Origin: Dickeya solani IPO 2222
GTDB lineage: Bacteria; Pseudomonadota; Gammaproteobacteria; Enterobacterales; Enterobacteriaceae
Direction: 5' to 3'
Length of the DNA: 32,000 nucleotides
NCBI RefSeq assembly: GCF_001644705.1
Contig: NZ_CP015137.1
Span: 3,810,001-3,842,000, forward strand
Part shown: piece by piece, positions 18,352-28,964 of the stretch
Layout: each line of letters opens with the position of its first letter
Numbering within the stretch: position 1 is the first letter of the stretch
Position numbers and translations under genes: made by a program
The notes under the pieces: model-generated
What the model was told of the DNA's origin: nothing
Database searches by the model: none
What the model saw: the letters and a program-made list of their open reading frames with translations, nothing else

Positions 18352-18382
18352 AAAAAAGGGCAGCCGATGGCCGCCCTTTTTT
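18352..18382 (-). terminator. Intra-operon hairpin/attenuator between the precursor and modification genes
   Basis: The minus strand reads GGGCGGC-catcg-GCUGCCC (7 bp, with one G-U pair that would be an A-C mismatch on the plus strand), followed by TTTTTT. It starts 2 nt after the peptide stop codon and ends 20 nt before the next ATG. Confidence 0.6.
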
Positions 18383-18383
18383 A

Positions 18384-18563
18384 TCAATTAAAGAATTCTT
18401 CAGTAATTTCCTGAAGCTCTTTGATTAGTACTTCTTCAGAGGAGATATTAATACCACTACCTCCGCAGTCGCAGGTACCACTGGCGCAGTCAACACCACT
18501 ATTAGCCATATAACCGCGAATATCGGAGATCTTACTCGGTGCTACTTCGATAATACGTTCCAT
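18384..18563 (-). CDS. Candidate RiPP precursor peptide (59 aa)
   Basis: Hand translation gives MERIIEVAPSKISDIRGYMANSGVDCASGTCDCGGSGINISSEEVLIKELQEITEEFFN. The Shine-Dalgarno GAGGT ends 6 nt before the ATG. It is the first gene of the operon and is followed by a hairpin. It is below the 60-aa cutoff of the supplied ORF track. Confidence 0.7.
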   Translation of the reverse strand: MERIIEVAPSKISDIRGYMANSGVDCASGTCDCGGSGINISSEEVLIKELQEITEEFFN

Positions 18564-19373
18564 TTGTTACCTCGGATTTTGTCAATTACTACGTAAGTGG
18601 ATAAACAATGTCTTCGCGAGATACAACTTTTGTGTACACAGAGAAAGTATAAAATGGGAATAATAGATTAAAATGTGATCTGTCTCTGATAAATAATCTG
18701 ATGGTAATTTGATTTTTTATTTTCCAGTGATTTGAGTTTTTTTGTTCTTATGTATAGTTTCTTTTTCTATGATCTCTAATGTTTTTTCTTTATGTGCAAA
18801 CAATATGCATTTTTATTATTCATATTTTGTTTCATGTTTTTACCCCTATTGAGGATGTGAAATTATGGTAATTAAGTGAAAGATTAAAAATCTAATGGAG
18901 GGACATTAAGCGATTATTTCTTGCACGGACAGTAACATATATCAGATTTGGAAATTTGTTCTTCAGAGCAAGTAAATAAATTTACTTATGGTAATAATTT
19001 ATTTTGATGAAAGTTATTTATTGTTAACGATAAACTATCGAGCAGATTGATTTATGTAGCGAACATTCTGGATGTACTAATGTCTCTGATAAACTACAGT
19101 TTTTTCAATGTGTTCGCAAGAGTTATACAGAAATGTTCGAGCTTTAACTGAATATTAATGTGTGCTTAATAAAATTATAATGAATTTTTAGTTCGCAATA
19201 ATGTTTGATTCATTATCAGGGGAAAACCGTTAATTGGCATAATTACTGTATCTGGTTTCAAGTCAGCTTCACGGCTGTTCGGTGTTCACTTTGCTTCAGC
19301 CATGGCGTATAGCATTGCTAACTAAAAGAATAGCACTTGTACTGACGGGGACTACTTCAAGGTTATCTATTAA

Positions 19374-20033
19374 TCAATCTACTGAAGACTCAGGCAACAT
19401 GATGGCTATTTTCTCTACTCTGGGTATTAACGAAGGATACATCCGCTTACCGGTCACGACACCTACCAAGTTCAATGCAGCGCTGTTTTTCACCCGTCCC
19501 TTCTGTAATGCGTAACGCATGATGTTGCACAGGTGCTGCCGGGTACGGGCTGCCACTTCCAGTAAACCTTTTTTCTCAATCCCTTTCAGCAGGTCGATGA
19601 AATGACGGGGTTTTAGTTCCGTGACGGGCAGGTGCCCGATAACCGGGAAAATATGGTTGTTCATGCTGGCAAGCAGACGGGCGGCGTGGTTCTCTGACCA
19701 TGTCCGGTTGCTCTTGTGCCAGTCCAGCGCTACGTCCCTGAATGATTTTTCTGGTGAGCGGGGCGCTTTTTCTGCCGCCCGTTGGTGCGCGGGGTTGATA
19801 TTCTGCGCCAGCAGTTTACGGATGCCGTCACGCTGTTGACGCGCATCGGCCAGCGATACATCGGGGTAGGTACCTAAACCGAGGCGGGATTCTTTTCTAT
19901 TGATACGATATTTGAGATACCAGAGACGTGAACCGCCTGGATTAACTAAAAGGCACAGACCGTGAGAATCGGAAACTTTGTAGGGTTTTGCAGATGGTTT
20001 TAAGTTGCGGATTTTTGAGTCGTTAAGAGACAT
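19374..20033 (-). pseudogene. P4-type tyrosine integrase, 3'-truncated (N-terminal ~200 aa only)
   Basis: MSLNDSKIRNLKPSAKPYKVSDSHGLCLLVNPGGSRLWYLKYR...GTYPDVSLADARQQRD is the classic P4/CP4-57 Int arm-binding and SAM-like N-terminus. The catalytic R-K-H-R-H-Y domain (~220 aa) is absent. Similarity ends near 19400, where AT-rich DNA begins. Confidence 0.8.
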
Positions 20034-20163
20034 GTGGGGGTCACTCCGTCATCGAACCAACCTGACCCCAAATCTGACCACCAAATTCACCCAATGCAGA
20101 GGGAAAACTGAAAAAGCATCGGGAAGCTTTTTTACGTGAACGTATTGATTAAATGACTAAAAG

Positions 20164-20196
20164 CAAAAATACCGCTTAAGTTTCCTTAAGCGGTAT
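20164..20196 (-). terminator. Rho-independent terminator of tRNA-Asn
   Basis: 12-bp perfect stem ATACCGCTTAAG / CTTAAGCGGTAT with a 4-nt loop, followed by a T-run on the minus strand. Confidence 0.7.
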
Positions 20197-20206
20197 TTTC
20201 TAAATC

Positions 20207-20282
20207 TGGCTCCTCTGACTGGACTCGAACCAGTGACATACGGATTAACAGTCCGCCGTTCTACCGACTGAACTACAGAGGA
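20207..20282 (-). tRNA. tRNA-Asn (anticodon GUU)
   Basis: The minus strand reads TCCTCTGTAGTTCAGTCGGTAGAACGGCGGACTGTTAATCCGTATGTCACTGGTTCGAGTCCAGTCAGAGGAGCCA. This matches my recollection of E. coli tRNA-Asn, including the encoded CCA. Confidence 0.95.
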
Positions 20283-20436
20283 ATCGTTGGAACGGGGCGC
20301 ATGATAACGAGGTCTGCCGTGCATGTCAAAGGTGTAAACCACATTTTTGACGCGTTTGGCGAGGGAATGCGCAATATGCTGACTTTTTCACACGATCGTC
20401 TTGATTGGACTGCGTTTTACGTTGTGTCGTGGTGGT

Positions 20437-20473
20437 AAAACAGCGGGCCGGCAGTAGCGAGTGCTGCCGGCCC
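20437..20473 (-). terminator. Putative terminator after lacZ
   Basis: GC-rich 10-bp stem GGGCCGGCAG / CTGCCGGCCC with a 9-nt loop, then gctgTTTT on the minus strand, 8 nt after the lacZ stop codon. Confidence 0.5.
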
Positions 20474-20480
20474 GGCGGGG

Positions 20481-23609
<3,129 letters not shown>

Positions 23610-23660
23610 TTATTGGCTGAAGGTGATTGGCTGAAAACGCCTGACAGGCAGATGAACAGA

Positions 23661-23681
23661 TTTTGTTATCCGCTCACAATT
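23661..23681 (-). promoter_or_regulatory. lac operator (O1-like)
   Basis: The minus strand reads AATTGTGAGCGGATAACAAAA, a 19/21 match to E. coli lacO1 AATTGTGAGCGGATAACAATT. It lies 67-87 nt upstream of the lacZ ATG. Confidence 0.8.
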
Positions 23682-23773
23682 CTATTGGCAGGATCGCGGC
23701 TTGCCGGGTGTGAGTAAAGCGCAAGGGCGCCGGAAAGTGGTGTCGATCACAAAACCAGCGTCGGGGAAATGGG

Positions 23774-24847
23774 TTAGCGTTGTAATTGCCGCGCCAGCGT
23801 AATCAGCTGTTGTGCGACATCCTGCGGCGATAAGGTGTAGGGCTGCCAGGCAGCGGTGGTCTGACGGGGGATCAGCGTAGTTTTCAGCCGCAGCGGGGCG
23901 AGGGTGTGCGGGTGTTGCAGGCACTCCAGCAGCCGGTTGACGCTTTCCCGGCCCAGTTGCCGGAAGTCCTGGCGGATGGTGGTCAACGGCGGCTGGAAAT
24001 AGGCGCTGTCGCGGGTGTCGTCAAAACCGATCACCGAGATCTGCTCCGGTACGCGCAGGCCATATTCGTGGATGGCTCGTAGCACGCCCAGCGCCATTTG
24101 GTCGTTGGCGACGGCAATGGCGGTCGGACGAACCGAGTTCGCCAGCAGCAGATGCGCCTGCTGATAACCGGCGCTGGCGCTCCAGTCTCCTTCCGCAGTC
24201 GCGCAGGGCGTCAGCAGGTGGGCGGCCAGCGCCTGTTGCCAGCCTTCGTAACGCAGCCGGGCGGACACTGAGCTTTGCGGGCCGGCAAGCAATGCGATCC
24301 GGCGATGGCCCAGCGCCACCAGATGATCGATAGCCAGCCTGGTGCCCTGATGCGGGTCGAATATCACGCTCGGCAGGTTGGCGGTGGGGGCGGTGTCGAG
24401 AAACAGCGCCGGCGTGGTGGCGCACAACTGGTGGATTTGCTCCGCCGCCGCCTGTTCCAGCGGCACGTTGATTATCACGCCGTCCACCCGTTGCGCCAGC
24501 AGTTCATTGACGGCGCGCTGAACGTCATTGCCGTCGGCGGCGCGTAACATGGAGATCACCACGTTAAATCCCAGTTCGCTGGCGGTGGTTTTAATGGCGG
24601 CGGCAATTTGGGAGGGGGCATGCAGCGACAGGTCGATGGTCGCCAGACCGATGGTGGTGGCGCTGCGGCGCGCCAGTTGCTGGGCTACCCGGTTGGGGAT
24701 GTAGTGAAGTGCGGTCATCGCCTGCTCCACTTTTTCCCGGGTGCGGTCTGAGACATGAGGCGCCTGATTCAGCACTCGGGAGACGGTCTGGTACGACACA
24801 CCGGCGTAAGCCGCCACGTCATTGAGCGTTACTGGTTTCGCTTTCAT
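23774..24847 (-). CDS. lacI: Lactose operon repressor
   Basis: 357-aa ORF. MKAKPVTLNDVAAYAGVSYQTVSRVLNQAPHVSDRTREKVEQAM..YIPNRVAQQLA is near-identical in pattern to the E. coli LacI headpiece, and the remainder is colinear. Confidence 0.9.
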   Translation of the reverse strand: MKAKPVTLNDVAAYAGVSYQTVSRVLNQAPHVSDRTREKVEQAMTALHYIPNRVAQQLARRSATTIGLATIDLSLHAPSQIAAAIKTTASELGFNVVISMLRAADGNDVQRAVNELLAQRVDGVIINVPLEQAAAEQIHQLCATTPALFLDTAPTANLPSVIFDPHQGTRLAIDHLVALGHRRIALLAGPQSSVSARLRYEGWQQALAAHLLTPCATAEGDWSASAGYQQAHLLLANSVRPTAIAVANDQMALGVLRAIHEYGLRVPEQISVIGFDDTRDSAYFQPPLTTIRQDFRQLGRESVNRLLECLQHPHTLAPLRLKTTLIPRQTTAAWQPYTLSPQDVAQQLITLARQLQR

Positions 24848-24934
24848 GATTCTCTGTTAATCAGCCCCTGTATTGTCACCTGGCGTTATCATAACAAAGG
24901 TTGGTGACAGCAGACTGCGACCGACAGAGAAAAA

Positions 24935-25651
24935 TTACGCCGCGACCGGTGGATGCGTGATTTGTTGGTAATACCAGGCGATGGTTTTTTTGATCAGCGC
25001 ATCGGTGGCATCCAGATAGGCGTCTGGCTCGGCGACGGCTTCCGGTTCCAGAATCAGCGGCAGTTCGGTGCAGCCCAGAATGATTTTCTCCACGCCCCGT
25101 TGCCGCAGCGAGGCGACCACCGGCAACAACAGCGCGCGAGCTTGCGCGACGTCGCCCGCTTTGTAGGCATAGATGCTGCTCATTACCGCATCCTGCTGCT
25201 CGTCGGTCGGTAATGTACAGCGCACCTGCTGACCGGCCAGGGCGTGCTGATAAATTTCGCCGCGTACGGTGGCGGTGGTGGCCAGAATGGCAACGTGACG
25301 AACGCGCTGTTCAGCCACTTGCTGACAGGTGGCGTCAATAATGCTGATCATCTCCAACTCGGTATGCCGCTTCAAATCCTCAAACCAGTAATGCGCGGTG
25401 TTGCAGGGAATGATGATGCAGGTGGCGCCGGCTTTCTCCAGAATTTTCAGGTACTCCACCATTTTCTTCAGCGGTGAGGCGCTGTGATTGAGAATACACT
25501 GGGTGCGATCGGGAATATCCGGGATAGAAACCGCGATCATCGGAATATGTTCCTGATCCTTTCTGGCCGGAGTCTGCCGGATGAGTTTTTGCATGGCATC
25601 CACGGTCGCACCGGGTCCCATGCCGCCAAGAATGCCGACTACAGGATTCAC
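24935..25651 (-). CDS. Aspartate/glutamate racemase family protein (aspartate racemase-like)
   Basis: 238-aa ORF. It has VGILGGMGPGATVD and two catalytic-Cys contexts (IIPCNTAHYW and LGCTELPL). Confidence 0.8.
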   Translation of the reverse strand: MNPVVGILGGMGPGATVDAMQKLIRQTPARKDQEHIPMIAVSIPDIPDRTQCILNHSASPLKKMVEYLKILEKAGATCIIIPCNTAHYWFEDLKRHTELEMISIIDATCQQVAEQRVRHVAILATTATVRGEIYQHALAGQQVRCTLPTDEQQDAVMSSIYAYKAGDVAQARALLLPVVASLRQRGVEKIILGCTELPLILEPEAVAEPDAYLDATDALIKKTIAWYYQQITHPPVAA

Positions 25652-25803
25652 GTTTTCCGCCTCATTGATGGTGATGTTGAAGTGGAAAAATCATCGCACA
25701 GCGCCTGGAAATGTGAATTGCGAAATTCCCATCCTCTATGTATGTTTTGCATAACTTCACTGGTGTTATGCGCATAATGCGTTTTTCTAAAAGGTGGCCG
25801 TCG

Positions 25804-26697
25804 ATGCTGAATAACATTGAAACCAAATGGTTATACGATTTTATCGCCCTGGAGGAGCACCGCAGTTTTACGCTGGCGGCCGAGACGCGCAATATTTCCC
25901 AGTCGTCATTCAGCCGACGGATCCGGGCGCTGGAAGAGGCGGTAGGGTTCGATATTTTCGACCGCAGCGCTCAGCCGTTGCAACTGACCGAACAGGGCAA
26001 GATTTTTCACGCCCATATCCGCAACACCCTTGACGATCTGGAATACCAGATTCACAAACTGCACGGCGGCAGCCATTACAAGAACAAGATCACGATTGCG
26101 GCGGCGCACTCGCTGTCGGTGTTTGTGATGCCCGAGTTGCTCAAAACCGTGCCAGACCGGCAGGAGAAAATTTTCTATGTCGAATCCATCGATGTGGATG
26201 ATGCGGTACGTAATCTTAAAGAAGGGCGCAGCGATTTCATTTTCTCGTTTTACAACGAGGAACTGATGTCGGAACCGTTTCGCCATACCCGCATCATGGA
26301 TTCTACCCTGTACCCGGTGTGCGCCTGCGATGCGGCCGGCAAACCGTTGTTTGATATCCGCGCCGTCGGGCTGCCGCTGCTCAACTACACCGACACCAGC
26401 TACATGGGGCGTCAGGTCAACCGCTATCTTGCCACTCTGGCGCCCGAGCGTTTTACCGTGAGCTTTGTCTCCTCAATGAGCGATTTGCTCAAGCGGATGG
26501 TGAAGCAGGGCCACGGCATCGCCTGGCTGCCGGACTACTCCATCCGCGATGAACTGGCGCATAAGGAACTGACCGTACTGAAGCTGGATCAGGCGGTGAT
26601 GAAGATGCAGGTGTATCTGTACCGGTTGGATGCGCGACTCAACGTAGCGTCGGAGTCATTCTGGCGGGCGATGACGGCGCCGCGTTCGACGCAATAA
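25804..26697 (+). CDS. LysR-family transcriptional regulator
   Basis: ORF 25738..26697. The ATG at 25804 is preceded by AAGGTGG. The HTH region reads FIALEEHRSFTLAAETRNISQSSFSRRIRALEE. It is divergent from the racemase gene. Confidence 0.85.
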   Translation: MLNNIETKWLYDFIALEEHRSFTLAAETRNISQSSFSRRIRALEEAVGFDIFDRSAQPLQLTEQGKIFHAHIRNTLDDLEYQIHKLHGGSHYKNKITIAAAHSLSVFVMPELLKTVPDRQEKIFYVESIDVDDAVRNLKEGRSDFIFSFYNEELMSEPFRHTRIMDSTLYPVCACDAAGKPLFDIRAVGLPLLNYTDTSYMGRQVNRYLATLAPERFTVSFVSSMSDLLKRMVKQGHGIAWLPDYSIRDELAHKELTVLKLDQAVMKMQVYLYRLDARLNVASESFWRAMTAPRSTQ

Positions 26698-26722
26698 AAA
26701 AACAGCGGCCGGATGGCCGCTG
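26694..26722 (-). terminator. Rho-independent terminator (of the DAACS gene; possibly bidirectional)
   Basis: CAGCGGCC-ggat-GGCCGCTG hairpin flanked by an A7 run on the plus strand, which is a T-run for the minus-strand transcript. Confidence 0.65.
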
Positions 26723-26760
26723 TCTGACTCACTCACTGTCTGACGTGTTGTCGGGCGTAA

Positions 26761-28050
26761 TCAGGCGTCCTGTCTGACCTGTTGAAGCACCACTTCCACC
26801 CCGGTCTCTTCCTCGTCGTCGGTGATGCCTTTTTCCAGACTGGCCACCACGGCGGTCGAGATACTGTTGCCGATAACGTTGGTCGCGGTGCGGCCCATAT
26901 CCAGGAACTGGTCGATACCCAGAATCAGCAGGATACCGGCTTCCGGCAGGCTGAACATCGGCAGCGTGGCGGCCACAACCACCACGGAGGCGCGCGCGAC
27001 GCCGGCCATGCCTTTACTGGTGATCATCAGCGTCAGCAGGATCAGGATCTGCTGGGTCAGGCTCAGGTCAATGTTGTACGCCTGAGCGATGAACAGGATT
27101 GCGAACGACTGATACATCATGGAGCCGTCCAGATTGAAGGAGTAACCCAGCGGCAATACAAAGCTGGTGATCTTCTTCGGCACGCCGAAACGCGTCAGGG
27201 CATCCATGGTTTTCGGGTAAGCTGACTCGCTGCTGGCGGTAGCGAATGCCAGCATGGTGGGTTCGCGAATCAGACGGGCCAGCACCGCGATGGAACGGCC
27301 GAGGAACGCGTAACCTACCAGGAACAGCACCGCCCACAGCAGTGCCAGGCCGAGATAGAACTCGCCGATCAGCTTGCCGAAGTCGTAGATCAGGCCCAGA
27401 CCCTGAGTGGTGATGGCGGAACCAATGGCGGCGAATACGGCGATCGGCGCCAGCGCCATCACGTAGTCGGTCACGCGGAACATCACTTTGGCCAGTTCTT
27501 CGATGGTGGACAGAATGAAGTTGGCCTGTTTGTTATGGTGTTTAACGTAAGCCAGCGCAGAACCGAAGAACAGTGAGAACACCAGAATCTGCAGGATCTC
27601 GTTGTTAGCCATCGCTTCCACGATGCTTTTCGGGAAGATATGGCTGATGAAGTTTTTCAGTGTGAAACCATCGGTATTTAGACCGGTGGTGACATGGTTA
27701 ACCGGGGCGACCAGATTCATGCCGGTGCCCGGCTGGAAGAAGTTCGCCAGCATCATGCCGATCAGCAGCGACAGGAAAGACGCGGTAACGAACCAGGTCA
27801 TAGCTTTCAGGCCGACGCGGCCCACGGCAGAAGAGTTACCCATGCTGGCCAGACCGGAGACCAGAGTGGCGAACACCAGCGGCGCGATGATCATCTTGAT
27901 CAGACGCAGGAAGATGTCGGTAACCATATTAAAGTAAGACGCCACCTCTTTGGCACGGGCGCCGTCCAGATAGTTGTGGCATGCCCAGCCAATCAGAATA
28001 CCGAGCACGATCGCCAGCATTATCTGTATTAATAACTTCTGCCTTTGCAT
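26761..28050 (-). CDS. Dicarboxylate/amino acid:cation symporter (DAACS family, GltP/DctA-like)
   Basis: ORF 26761..28086. The ATG at 28050 is preceded by GAGG. Family motifs include FLRLIKMIIAPLVF, ASSESAYP, GYSFNLDG and GIDQFLDMGRTATNVIGN. Confidence 0.85.
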   Translation of the reverse strand: MQRQKLLIQIMLAIVLGILIGWACHNYLDGARAKEVASYFNMVTDIFLRLIKMIIAPLVFATLVSGLASMGNSSAVGRVGLKAMTWFVTASFLSLLIGMMLANFFQPGTGMNLVAPVNHVTTGLNTDGFTLKNFISHIFPKSIVEAMANNEILQILVFSLFFGSALAYVKHHNKQANFILSTIEELAKVMFRVTDYVMALAPIAVFAAIGSAITTQGLGLIYDFGKLIGEFYLGLALLWAVLFLVGYAFLGRSIAVLARLIREPTMLAFATASSESAYPKTMDALTRFGVPKKITSFVLPLGYSFNLDGSMMYQSFAILFIAQAYNIDLSLTQQILILLTLMITSKGMAGVARASVVVVAATLPMFSLPEAGILLILGIDQFLDMGRTATNVIGNSISTAVVASLEKGITDDEEETGVEVVLQQVRQDA

Positions 28051-28446
28051 ATTAACCTCATGTTGATGAATGTATTCAGACAACACACAGTGTTATTGCA
28101 GCGTAGCGGTCAGAGATGTCGTGAGACATACGCAGGCCGATACCCTGCTTTGTTTGTGGGGTGTTGTGTCTGCCGCGCGAAATATTACAACGAAATCGGA
28201 TTTTTGCCCTTTTTTTCTGCTGATAAAATGAAATGCATCACTGAATGAGGCCATAAATGTGCTATTTCCCTGCTGTTCATGGCTAAAAGCCTTGAAAAAA
28301 TCAGGTGTATTTATTTATATAACATTTTACTTATCAATAACTTGTGTATTTATTTCTGTGCGTCGGCAGGCGGATTTTGCGTTAATCATAACTTTTTCTT
28401 ATATCTCCACCTGAGTCAGCAATAAATCCAATAATCGTCGCTGAAC

Positions 28447-28467
28447 CATTTTTATCCGCTCACTATT
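28447..28467 (-). promoter_or_regulatory. Second lac-operator-like sequence
   Basis: The minus strand reads AATAGTGAGCGGATAAAAATG, an 18/21 match to E. coli lacO1. It shares the exact 12-mer TTATCCGCTCAC with the operator at 23661-23681. It sits in the AT-rich intergenic region between the DAACS gene and fhlA. Confidence 0.3.
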
Positions 28468-28964
28468 TTATTATTGGTTGATGACATGAGTGATTAATAA
28501 ACAAGAATTACCCTTCTATTCATGAAAATATAATCTGGCGTAATACAGGAAAGCCCGTATCGCAATTGAATAAAAACAACAGTAATTTTAATGACCTGCT
28601 TTAATTGCATCGGCAGGGCCATAAATGTTGTTTTCTTTTTTCGGGATGTAATTGAAGTGTTGCATTTTAGTTTTAATATGACGATATCTTAATCAATCCA
28701 GCGTGATGGCGACGCGCCAAGACAATATTGCCTCAACAAGAATCGGTAATATCACCTGTATAAAATACAGCCACAATAGTAAACGGTTCTTATTATTATC
28801 TGCCGCGACAGGTGGTAATCGCTCATCGGGTAACCGCTTGTCGCCGGCGTGCTCCGGTTTAGTACGATTCAGATCAAGCTATTGGTGAGGCGACGTGTCA
28901 TTTCCGTAGTGAAGCTCTTACACTATTTCCCCACACTATCTATGGAAATTGGATTACGGTGGTT

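Noticed and set aside
18459-18464. Gly34-Gly35 of the candidate precursor as a double-glycine leader cleavage site
   Set aside because: No C39 peptidase domain is present on the ABC exporter or elsewhere in the island. Cleavage there would also leave a Cys-free C-terminal core.
18600-19373. Small ORFs (up to 22 codons, for example MCKQYAFLLFIFCFMFLPLLRM at 18792) as possible immunity peptides
   Set aside because: None has a Shine-Dalgarno sequence or a plausible length. AT-rich sequence gives frequent stops, so they cannot be supported.
23736-23751. CRP-like site (minus strand TGTGATCGACACCACT) upstream of the lac operator, and a possible -10 TAGAAT abutting the operator
   Set aside because: Only the left half-site is good (right half 3/5), and the spacing is inferred without a mapped TSS. 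It is not reported as a feature.
28703-28888. 61-aa ORF in the AT-rich fhlA upstream region
   Set aside because: It has no SD and an odd composition, and it lies in a likely regulatory region. It is probably spurious.
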